A stretch of 16,765 nucleotides of DNA. It comes from Candidatus Poribacteria bacterium. Its GTDB lineage: Bacteria; Poribacteria; WGA-4E; UBA9662. This document shows positions 1 to 7,854 of the stretch, piece after piece. The stretch spans positions 1 to 16,765 of the forward strand of contig JAYGDX010000297.1 in the NCBI GenBank assembly GCA_046582655.1. Direction: 5' to 3'. Positions within the stretch are counted from its first letter, which is position 1. Each line of letters starts with the position of its first letter. Both the position numbers and the translations under genes were made by a program. The notes beneath the pieces are model-generated. The model saw only the letters and a list, made by a program, of their open reading frames with translations. It searched no databases and was not told the DNA's origin.

Positions 1-50
1 AAATCAGCTCCTAACTTCAGCGAAACCCGTTAAAGAGATCTATGCATATT
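1..50. repeat. Left arm of a perfect 50-bp inverted repeat (may extend beyond the window start)
   Basis: 1-50 (aaatcagctc...tatgcatatt) is the exact reverse complement of 154-203. Confidence 0.97.
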
Positions 51-84
51 TAGTTAGTTTGTTGCAATAATTTTATTTTTTAAT

Positions 85-112
85 TTGTTACAATGGATTG
101 ATGTGCTACAAT
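85..112 (+). promoter_or_regulatory. Putative sigma70-type promoter inside the inverted-repeat spacer
   Basis: TTGTTA (85-90), a 16-nt spacer, then extended -10 TG-c-TACAAT (104-112), with an AT-rich tract upstream (66-84). Confidence 0.5.
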
Positions 113-153
113 ATACTAGGTTAGGTGTATGTTATCCTAAATTGTTGCCTGAC

Positions 154-203
154 AATATGCATAGATCTCTTTAACGGGTTTCGCTGAAGTTAGGAGCTGA
201 TTT
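154..203. repeat. Right arm of the 50-bp inverted repeat; contains the Shine-Dalgarno of the first gene
   Basis: aatatgcatagatc...taggagctgattt is the reverse complement of 1-50. AGGAG lies at 192-196. Confidence 0.97.
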
Positions 204-1031
204 TGCGATTTGGACGTATTCTCGGGTTCAGCGTATCGGTTCTTACTTTTCTCGCAATTGCCAAATTCTTCTTTACCCATTAGTGTTGATGATACTGGTG
301 GTATCGTGGATATCCGAACTGACATGTACGAGTTAAGCTGGGAAAAAACTGATACAATGGGGTATGTCAGGGCAAAACCTAAAGGCATAGCAAAAAGCCT
401 GATACAGAATGCGGAAGATCCATTTTTCCATGCAGGTAACTATGCTGAGTGGGAATACTGGGGAGAAACCCAGAAAGTTGATATTCAAAAATCACCTGGC
501 AAAGCCGTTATTGAATACACTTCAAAAGGAACAAAGTTTCTCGAGTATTCTTGTGTGGCAACACATTGGGACGGCATACCTTACTTTAAACACGAAGTTC
601 GTGCTAAGAACATTAGCAAAGAAGCTAAAGTATTTCCTGTTTCAGGCTATGATCCGATGGTCAATCCAAATCTTGAGTTTGGAGATCAAATGGAAAAGTG
701 GGTTGAACCGATACCGCATATTGCCTACTGGAATGCCAACGCCTACTTCGGACTGTACAGCGCGCTGGCAAAAGCAAAACCCAAGTTTGGCAACTGGCAG
801 GGAAAAGGTAGCATGATACAGTTGGATCATGATAGACAGATGGTTCTACTGAATAAAAAGCAGGTATCGGATCCAGTTATCTACTGTGTTTCAATTGGAA
901 AAGGAGGTAAGGATAAAGCGCACAAAATAGCGGCTGAAATTCAACGTGTCTTTGCCGGGGCAGATCCGCAGAGCGTTAAGGTGTTCGACAAATTATCTAC
1001 AAGGTGGGGAACCATTAAAACTATTGACTAG
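203..1031 (+). CDS. Secreted hypothetical protein with C-terminal KLSTRWGTIK tail; apparent +1 frameshift near 263-265 (pseudogene or sequence error)
   Basis: SD AGGAG (192-196) is 6 nt before TTG at 203, which reads MRFGRILGFSVSVLTFLAIA (signal-peptide-like). Removing one A from AAA (263-265) joins this to the long frame of track ORF 210..1031, giving 275 aa. Confidence 0.75.
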
Positions 1032-1825
1032 GTCTGAAAAACTAAAAGGAAATTCCAATGCATAAAATCACATTATTAATGTTGATTATCTGCTTCAGCG
1101 TCGTTTTGGTCTGTAACGTAATTGAGGCGGAACTCCTGATGCTTGATGATTTTAAAAGTGGCAAAATCAATGACAGCTTTTGGCTAAAAGAAGGGGGTGT
1201 AAAAGCGGTTTGGAAAGTTGATAAGTTTCAAGATGATAACAGGCTGGAAATTCATCGAACTAAGGGTGACGGAAGTGGACCTGACGAATATGGATTTGGG
1301 TTAGTCAAGTTTAAAGATTTTGGTATTCAGCTTGACTTCTACTTGCTGGAAGATCCATTTCCTCCCAAGATAGAAATTCTGTTCAGGGCCAATCGCGACA
1401 TGTTTTTCTATCAGCTCAAAATCAATCCTGTAAATGGCGCAGGTAAAAAGAATATTGCGCGCTGGTATAGGCGTGAAGGTGCAGATGCCGGAACGCATAA
1501 AGAGTACGTTGAGCACAGGGCGAAGTTGCCTATACCAGTTGAGACCAAGGCTTGGTACACTCTTTCTATACTGGGGAAAGGACCTAATTTTGAACTCTAC
1601 ATCAAAAGGACGGAGGATGCGAGTTCACAAAAGGTTTACGCCTGGAGAGATCCCAAGAACCTTCATCCGGAAGGGGTCATGGGTTTTAAAACCAACGGAA
1701 AATTGACACACTATTACGTTGATAATGTGAAGATCTATGACAAACCGCTTGAAGTCGAACTGGGCGTAGAATCCCATGAAAAATTAGCTGTCACGTGGGC
1801 TGAGTTAAAACGATGATGAGTTAAC
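921..1825 (+). repeat. Copy A of a ~0.9 kb near-tandem direct duplication
   Basis: Colinear with 1975-2876. Includes the 3' end of the first gene, the intergenic spacer and the whole 1058..1816 gene. Confidence 0.93.
1058..1816 (+). CDS. Secreted ConA-like/DUF1080 (3-keto-disaccharide hydrolase-like) domain protein with C-terminal KLAVTWAELK tail
   Basis: 252-aa ORF with a hydrophobic signal peptide ending IEA. N-terminal DDF, WYTLSI strand and C-terminal EGVMGF...YYVDNVKIY resemble DUF1080-like beta-sandwiches. Paralog at 2115..2867. Confidence 0.8.
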   Translation: MHKITLLMLIICFSVVLVCNVIEAELLMLDDFKSGKINDSFWLKEGGVKAVWKVDKFQDDNRLEIHRTKGDGSGPDEYGFGLVKFKDFGIQLDFYLLEDPFPPKIEILFRANRDMFFYQLKINPVNGAGKKNIARWYRREGADAGTHKEYVEHRAKLPIPVETKAWYTLSILGKGPNFELYIKRTEDASSQKVYAWRDPKNLHPEGVMGFKTNGKLTHYYVDNVKIYDKPLEVELGVESHEKLAVTWAELKR

Positions 1826-1952
1826 TATCGAAGTGGCAATGCTCTTTAATCAGCTCACTTTTTATGAAGACGCCAGCGTTTTTTTACCGTTGCTAAGCGT
1901 TTTTGGCTTAGTTTTTTTCAGCAACAGTTGATTCTGGCTGACTGGGATTTTG

Positions 1953-2081
1953 ATGTTGGTGTTTTGCACCGGCACACAAAATATAACGACTGGAATTCAA
2001 CGTGTCTTTGCCGGAGTTGATCCGCAGAGCGTTGTATCTGACAAACTATCTACAATATGGGGACCTATTAAAAATCATTGA
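1953..2081 (+). pseudogene. Duplicated 3' remnant of the first gene; still reads as a 42-aa ORF ending SVVSDKLSTIWGPIKNH
   Basis: 1975-2085 aligns to 921-1031 (aattcaacgtgtctttgccgg...gatccgcagagcgtt...tatctacaa). ATG at 1953, TGA at 2079-2081, no clear SD. Confidence 0.7.
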
Positions 2082-2876
2082 CTGGGTCTAAAAAAATTTA
2101 AGGAGGAAATCCCGATGCGCAACAACATATTAATGTTGGTTATCTGTTTCAGCGTTGTTTTGATCTGCGACGTAATTGAGGCGAGGCCACTGGTGTTTGA
2201 TGATTTTAAAGGCGGCAAAATTAATAACGACTTTTGGGACAATAAAGGGGGTGTAAAAGCGGCTTGGAAAGTTAATAAGTTCCAAGGTGACAACAGGCTG
2301 GAAGTTCATCGAATTGCGGGTGATGGAAACGGAGCTGACGATTTTGGGTTTGGGATAGTCAAATTTAAAGATTTCGGTATTCAGCTTGATTTCTACTTGC
2401 TGGAGGATCCATTTCCTACCAAGATGGAAATTCTGTTCAGGGCCAGCCCCGACCTCTTTTTTTATCAGCTTATGATTAATCCTGTAAATGGCGCCGGTAA
2501 AAAGAATATTGCACGTTGGTACAGGCGTGAAGGTGAAGATCGCGGAACGTGGAAAGAGTACATTGAGCATCGTGCGGAGTTGCCTATACCAGTTGAGACC
2601 AAGGCTTGGTATACTCTTTCTATACTGGGAAGAGGATCTAATTTTGAACTCTACATCAAAAGGAAAGAGGATGCGAGTTCAAAAAAGGTTTGCGCCTGGA
2701 AAGATCCCAAGAACCTTCATCCGGAAGGGGTCATGGGTATTCATACCAACCAATTGCAACACTACTACATTGATAACGTGAAGATCTATGCGAAACCAAT
2801 TGAAGTCGAACTGGGCGTAGAATCCCATGAAAAATTAGCTGTCACGTGGGCTGAGTTAAAACAATGATGAATTAAC
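1975..2876 (+). repeat. Copy B of the ~0.9 kb duplication
   Basis: Colinear with 921-1825, with long identical tracts such as 2800-2862 = 1749-1811. Confidence 0.93.
2115..2867 (+). CDS. Secreted ConA-like/DUF1080-like protein, paralog of 1058..1816, with C-terminal KLAVTWAELK tail
   Basis: 250-aa ORF with a strong SD (AGGAGG, 2101-2106) and a signal peptide. About 80% amino acid identity to the upstream paralog by manual alignment. Confidence 0.82.
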   Translation: MRNNILMLVICFSVVLICDVIEARPLVFDDFKGGKINNDFWDNKGGVKAAWKVNKFQGDNRLEVHRIAGDGNGADDFGFGIVKFKDFGIQLDFYLLEDPFPTKMEILFRASPDLFFYQLMINPVNGAGKKNIARWYRREGEDRGTWKEYIEHRAELPIPVETKAWYTLSILGRGSNFELYIKRKEDASSKKVCAWKDPKNLHPEGVMGIHTNQLQHYYIDNVKIYAKPIEVELGVESHEKLAVTWAELKQ

Positions 2877-2897
2877 CAACAAAAATATAATATTTTC

Positions 2898-2927
2898 TTG
2901 ACGTTGCGCACAAAAAATAGTTATAAT
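2898..2927 (+). promoter_or_regulatory. Sigma70-type promoter for 3013..3906
   Basis: TTGACG (2898-2903), 18 nt, then TATAAT (2922-2927), with an AT-rich UP-like tract upstream. Confidence 0.7.
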
Positions 2928-2932
2928 GCAGG

Positions 2933-2984
2933 TGTTGGGTTGTCTTAACGTGTAACCTGACAAGTGGTCAGGGACAATTTTTTT
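2933..2984 (+). promoter_or_regulatory. Structured 5' leader: terminator-like hairpin with U tract, plus a competing stem
   Basis: CCTGAC/GTCAGG stem (2956-2961/2967-2972), TTGTC/GACAA extension (2940-2944/2973-2977) and T7 (2978-2984). Alternative stem 2933-2943/2952-2962. Confidence 0.4.
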
Positions 2985-3012
2985 ATTTAAAAAATCAGGA
3001 GATACTTAGCAA

Positions 3013-3906
3013 ATGAGGTTTAATTGTAGATTTCTTTTAGTAACCCTAGCGCTTTTTGTCGGTGCTGGCATGTTCTCAGTCAGTATGGCCGGCGATTTTG
3101 CTGTTTATTCCGGTCCTACCAATCCAGGCTGGATTTCGGATGGGGCGGTGGAAGCAATTGTTAATACTGTCACCAAACACGCTGGTGTGAAGGCCATGTT
3201 TGATAATATCGACAACTATGGTGACGGCGACGAAGTTGGTGATAAATCACCGCTGGCAAACTGGTTGAAAGATCATACTGGCAATGGTCAAACGGATGTG
3301 GTTTTGACCGCTTGCGGGACATGCCCCAGTTCTTTCTATCCTTTTCCCAACAAAGAACCGGATGGGTCGAATATCGAGAAATTCATTGAGGCAGGCAACG
3401 TCCATATTAACGTGGCTGACTGGATCTACTACATGAGTTACGAAGGCGGGGTTCGCAGTGCAGACAACGGTCCTTCCGGTGCAGCTAACGTCTTTGATAT
3501 TCCGGGTCTCAGTTTCGGTAACAGAGGTGGTGCGGACGAAATCCCAACGGCTCTGGGAAAGAAATATATCCCATCGTTGAAACCGTTTAACTCAGTACGT
3601 CCATGGCACTTGGAGCAATTCAAAGGTAAACCGTGGACACTTCATCTCTTTGCAGTTGATGAAGGTGACAAGAACACTGCCGATCCAGCAGTGGCGATTT
3701 CTACGGAAGAAGGCAAGGATGGGAAAGGCATGATTGCTGCCATGTGGCAGAAGGACGCTCCCATCTGGGCAGGAAAACCAGACCCACGCGGTATCGGGGT
3801 TGCTGAATTCATGGTCAACTGGCTGCAGGAGAAAGCTAGTTTTGCCGTCAATCCCAAAGAAAAAATGTCAACAACCTGGGGATACGTCAAAGCCAGAAGG
3901 AAGTAA
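3013..3906 (+). CDS. Secreted hypothetical protein with C-terminal KMSTTWGYVK tail
   Basis: 297-aa ORF with SD AGGAG (2997-3001), signal peptide MRFNCRFLLVTLALFVGAGMFSVSMA, its own promoter and a terminator. Confidence 0.85.
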   Translation: MRFNCRFLLVTLALFVGAGMFSVSMAGDFAVYSGPTNPGWISDGAVEAIVNTVTKHAGVKAMFDNIDNYGDGDEVGDKSPLANWLKDHTGNGQTDVVLTACGTCPSSFYPFPNKEPDGSNIEKFIEAGNVHINVADWIYYMSYEGGVRSADNGPSGAANVFDIPGLSFGNRGGADEIPTALGKKYIPSLKPFNSVRPWHLEQFKGKPWTLHLFAVDEGDKNTADPAVAISTEEGKDGKGMIAAMWQKDAPIWAGKPDPRGIGVAEFMVNWLQEKASFAVNPKEKMSTTWGYVKARRK

Positions 3907-3943
3907 GCTTCTCCCACAGGATTGAATCACTTCTACTTATCAC

Positions 3944-3983
3944 AAGCTGTGACACATAAGTGAGTTGTGTCACAGCTTTTTTT
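3944..3983 (+). terminator. Rho-independent terminator between convergent genes
   Basis: 13-bp perfect stem AAGCTGTGACACA/TGTGTCACAGCTT (3944-3956/3966-3978), 9-nt loop, then a T run to 3983. Confidence 0.9.
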
Positions 3984-3995
3984 ATGCTTTAATAA

Positions 3996-5345
3996 TCAGT
4001 TAATCAGATCTTCCAGCTTCATTTCTTGAATCGTTTGATCAAAAGCGGAAATCGTCTGTTGGATATCGGTTTCAGTGTGCACAGCTGTTGTCATCCCGCC
4101 CCCGCTTGTCATATCAATACCGTTGAGAAGTAATCCGCAACGGAGAGTCTTTACCAAATCCGGATTGCTGGCTCCTTTTAACCTGCGGTAATGACACTGA
4201 TATGCATCAAAATCAACGGCAGGCAAAGTTTTGTCTCCGTGCCCCAACAAGATCTTAAAACCGGAGAATTCACCGTAACAGGCCCAATCGAGTCCGTGCT
4301 GATCGAAAATTTGGTTGATCCCATGCCGTAAGATTTTGGCCACTTGATTGGCTTCTGTTTGCGGTTGGCCCGTTTTGGCAATTTTCAGCATCTGGATGCC
4401 AGCTGCTGCTGACAAAGGGTTGGCGTTGAATGTGCCGGGATGCGGCATTTTTTTTGATTTTGGATGCTTTTCAATTGATATTAGATCTACTATTTCCGTC
4501 TTACCGGCAACCGCACCTCCGGGTAATCCACCGGCCATGATTTTAGCCAGAGTTGTCAGATCCGGATCAACGTCGTAGTATCCTTGTGCTCCACCAGGGG
4601 AAACACGAAACCCAGTGATAACCTCGTCGAAAATCAACATCACACCGTATTCTCGAGTCAGGTTTCGAAGTTGGGTTAGAAATTCACCATTGGTCGGAAT
4701 TTCGCCGAAAGAGGCACCGGTTGGTTCCAAAATCACGCAGGCAATATCACTATCATTCATCAGGTAATTCTCGACAACGTCGATATCGTTCGGTGGAGAT
4801 ATGAGGGTCGTTTCAGGAGATAGAACGCCAGGAATTAGCATGTCATAGGGGGGATTTGCTCCTGGAATGATAGCATCATGCCAACCATGGTAGTGACCGG
4901 CAAATTTCAGCACCTTATTTCTACCAGTAAAGGTACGGGACAACCGGACTGCCATTAAAGTTGCTTCGGTGCCTGAACTGGTGAAACGGATTTTTTCGGC
5001 GGAAGGAATCAGGTTAATGATTAGATCCGCCCATTCCAGTTCAAGAGGATGACAAGCGCCATAATGCGTGCCGCGTTGCATCTGGTTGGTTACAGCCTCA
5101 ACAATCCGAGGGGGATTGTGACCGAGTAAAAGCGCGCCATGACCAGACCAGTAATCAATAAATTCCTTACCGTTTACACCCCATTTTTTCGATCCCTGTG
5201 CATGATCAATGTAGATTGGAAAAGGATGGGTATGCCTGCTGTCATGAGTAACGCCGTCAGGAAAGAACTGATTTGCCCGTTGGGAAAATTCCTTGTCCAT
5301 TGAAAACATTTGGTGATACCGTTCTAGGATCGTGCTGTGTGACAT
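3996..5345 (-). CDS. Class III PLP-dependent aminotransferase, glutamate-1-semialdehyde aminomutase (HemL)-like
   Basis: Motifs RFTSSGTEAT, KFAGHYHG, VILEP, IFDEVITGFR, DLTTLAKIMAGGLP (PLP lysine) and GTFNANP. SD GAGGA upstream. Confidence 0.92.
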   Translation of the reverse strand: MSHSTILERYHQMFSMDKEFSQRANQFFPDGVTHDSRHTHPFPIYIDHAQGSKKWGVNGKEFIDYWSGHGALLLGHNPPRIVEAVTNQMQRGTHYGACHPLELEWADLIINLIPSAEKIRFTSSGTEATLMAVRLSRTFTGRNKVLKFAGHYHGWHDAIIPGANPPYDMLIPGVLSPETTLISPPNDIDVVENYLMNDSDIACVILEPTGASFGEIPTNGEFLTQLRNLTREYGVMLIFDEVITGFRVSPGGAQGYYDVDPDLTTLAKIMAGGLPGGAVAGKTEIVDLISIEKHPKSKKMPHPGTFNANPLSAAAGIQMLKIAKTGQPQTEANQVAKILRHGINQIFDQHGLDWACYGEFSGFKILLGHGDKTLPAVDFDAYQCHYRRLKGASNPDLVKTLRCGLLLNGIDMTSGGGMTTAVHTETDIQQTISAFDQTIQEMKLEDLIN

Positions 5346-5464
5346 AATTGTTCCTCAATATCCTGTAATAATAGAGCCGCAAGATAATCTGAAAATAAGC
5401 ATTCATTGCCGAACTTGATTGATAAACACACTACAAAATAGATTCTGTTAAGTTGGGATAAAAT

Positions 5465-7747
5465 CTAGCGGGGAGTCCACAGGAAAGATCGCCGATGAAT
5501 TCCGCCACGCGGATTCCGATCGGGTGGCGTGGTATTGACCAGAACAGCGACATGATTGATTTCGCCCGATCGAGCCCAATCGGTGACATCAATATGAATC
5601 GGTGTACGAACATCGTGATGTCCCAAACGCCAGTGACGGTCCTTCTCAAATTGCTGCATCATTCCATTAAACCAGACCCAAACACCCCGGTTATAAACGG
5701 CGCCAATGGTCAGCCAGATTGATTTACCTTCTTCTATATCTGCAGGTACGTGGAATCCAGTTCGGTACCAAGCCTTGCCCCAAAAACCCCAGCCTTGTTG
5801 ATCCTGATACCCTTGCCCTTCCCAGTTTAATGTGGTGTCAATCGTCGCCCAATCCTCACCTCTACCGACCAGGTACCATTGATAAATCACACCAACATCC
5901 TTCGGGTCTAGCTTGAACTCCCATTGTCTGGGCAACAAAGTTAACAATTCTCCTTCCTGACCACCGGCCTTGTCAGCTAGATCTTGATAGATCTCTTTAT
6001 GCCATTCCAAAGTAGTTCTAAAATCATGTGCCCATTCTGGCGTATGGGGAAGAAGACCGGACTTGATTATATTGACTTCATCCCGAATGGCCAGCATTTT
6101 GTCAGCCCATTCAAGACCTACCTGAAATTGCCCTTGCGCCGCAAATTGCTCCATCCTCACATAAGCTTTCATATGATTATGAACTAATCTCAGGACTTGG
6201 ACGCGCTGTCGGGAACAGGAATCCTGTACTGAATCTTCGGCTTGAGACATTAAATAATCTAATTTTTGCTGAACAGGAGGGAATATCGTTCTCCACTGCA
6301 TTAACCTTCCCCAAGTCTGATGTGACGCTGTCTGCTCAACAGCAGATTCAAGCGTCCAGATGTATTCCTCTACCATGTCAGCGGCGTCAGCATAAAATTT
6401 CTGGCAATAATCGCGTACCAAAGCCTCGACATCAGCTTCAGCGTCCCACATCAATTTGGCACGCACATAATAATTCAGATGGGTAACCATCCATGAGTTT
6501 GTCCCCTCAGTCCAGAATCCCCATGTGCCGCGACTCCTAAAATAAGGCATGTCATGCTTCAAATTGTGAATTGCTGGAAACGGAAGATTTACTAAAGAGT
6601 TGCCTGGATCGTAGTCATAGACAAACACGCAATTGAGCGTATCAGTCCACCGATCCAGTAATTGTTTGTAAAGCGTACGTTGCCAGCATTTTTTATCACC
6701 CACAGGATGAAGGGTACATGCCGCAATAATAGCGGATTGAATACCTAGATTCGGACTGAATTCTGCAATCCCTTCGGGTAAACGAACACGATTGGCATAA
6801 CCATTAGTAAGTACCCATCGATCAGGGAATTCCTTATAGACTTCCTGGGCAATGCAGTTGGCAAAACGAAACCACAAATCACTCAGGCTGGGATCCCCAT
6901 AACCTTTGTGGTTAAATTCAGGAATACTGTCTTGACAACGCTGACAATAGCACATTGGAAACCCGTCTGGCGGGGCAAACCCAAAACTCAGTGTATCTGG
7001 ATTATCTCGGAACGTATCTTTGATTGTCTTGACAGAAATATTGACTGTTTCTGGTTCGGAAAGACACAGCATGTCGCTACGCCGATCTCCATCTTTATTG
7101 ATAGCAAACAGGTGGGGGGAACTCTCAAAATATTCCTCAGATGGAACCAATCGACGGATGCTCCCATCTCCCGGGATACTCAAAGACAATGTGTTTAATT
7201 TGTTGCAGTCACGCCATAGACGGAAGTCTTGATGATCTTGATCGGTGGTTGGTGCCCATCCGGAATACCAAATATTCCGGATACGGAAACTCGGTCGTTC
7301 TGTACGATCCATTGCATTGATCGAGATGGTATCCATTTCAGGTATGACTTCGCCAAATTCTCCCGGAAAGAACCAACGACATCCCAATTCTTCGAGAAAA
7401 GTGTAAACAGCATAAACAGTTCCACGATATTCGCCGTCTTCGTTACCCGCTAAGATCAGGCTGTTTCCAACTGTTTTGATAACAAAACCTTCTTCATTCA
7501 ATTGGAAGGTAACGCCGGAAGGCACTTCTATACTCGAGTCCTTGACCATCTGGCTGTGACCAACCAGAATAGTGTTTCCAGAGACATCCTCCGATTCTTT
7601 TTTTATCTCAACGCGTGCATCACTAATCTTTTCAATATAGTCCTGGAGAATGCAAGCAGCTTCTTCAGCTTGTTCGCTTGGTTCATTTGCTACCACAATT
7701 GTGGTTTGTGGCTTGTGTTGTTCGGCTAGAATCAATTTAGCCTCCAC
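5465..7747 (-). CDS. DUF4838 domain protein (N-terminal GH20/GH67-like domain, C-terminal sugar-binding-like beta-sandwich); putative glycoside hydrolase-like
   Basis: EEGFVIK...LILAG...RGTVYAVYTFLEELGCRWFFPG...ERPSFRIR, then LCLSEP, PPDG..CYCQRC and NYYVRAKLMWD, and C-terminal WEFKLDP...GKAWYRT. Confidence 0.8.
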   Translation of the reverse strand: MEAKLILAEQHKPQTTIVVANEPSEQAEEAACILQDYIEKISDARVEIKKESEDVSGNTILVGHSQMVKDSSIEVPSGVTFQLNEEGFVIKTVGNSLILAGNEDGEYRGTVYAVYTFLEELGCRWFFPGEFGEVIPEMDTISINAMDRTERPSFRIRNIWYSGWAPTTDQDHQDFRLWRDCNKLNTLSLSIPGDGSIRRLVPSEEYFESSPHLFAINKDGDRRSDMLCLSEPETVNISVKTIKDTFRDNPDTLSFGFAPPDGFPMCYCQRCQDSIPEFNHKGYGDPSLSDLWFRFANCIAQEVYKEFPDRWVLTNGYANRVRLPEGIAEFSPNLGIQSAIIAACTLHPVGDKKCWQRTLYKQLLDRWTDTLNCVFVYDYDPGNSLVNLPFPAIHNLKHDMPYFRSRGTWGFWTEGTNSWMVTHLNYYVRAKLMWDAEADVEALVRDYCQKFYADAADMVEEYIWTLESAVEQTASHQTWGRLMQWRTIFPPVQQKLDYLMSQAEDSVQDSCSRQRVQVLRLVHNHMKAYVRMEQFAAQGQFQVGLEWADKMLAIRDEVNIIKSGLLPHTPEWAHDFRTTLEWHKEIYQDLADKAGGQEGELLTLLPRQWEFKLDPKDVGVIYQWYLVGRGEDWATIDTTLNWEGQGYQDQQGWGFWGKAWYRTGFHVPADIEEGKSIWLTIGAVYNRGVWVWFNGMMQQFEKDRHWRLGHHDVRTPIHIDVTDWARSGEINHVAVLVNTTPPDRNPRGGIHRRSFLWTPR

Positions 7748-7854
7748 CTCTTGTTGATGGTCATTATAAAAATAACAAATAGAACGGGGAAACTAGAAGT
7801 TTCATTTGGATAGCTTAGCATTCGGTGATTATCTACCATAAGAATCCATTAAAA

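Noticed and set aside
1..203. Inverted repeat as IS or MITE ends
   Set aside because: No transposase or visible target-site duplication, and the arm contains the neighbouring gene's SD and abuts its start codon. It cannot be fully excluded because the left flank is missing.
1058..2867. Paralog pair as a diversity-generating retroelement template/variable repeat
   Set aside because: Differences are not adenine-specific, include indels and span the whole gene. Both copies are intact ORFs and there is no reverse transcriptase in the window.
2933..2984. PreQ1-I or another known riboswitch
   Set aside because: It lacks the characteristic loop sequence and 3' A-rich pseudoknot tail, and the downstream gene is unrelated to queuosine metabolism.
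3996..5345. Calling the gene hemL
   Set aside because: The fold matches, but HemL-specific substrate motifs are altered and no tetrapyrrole genes are nearby.
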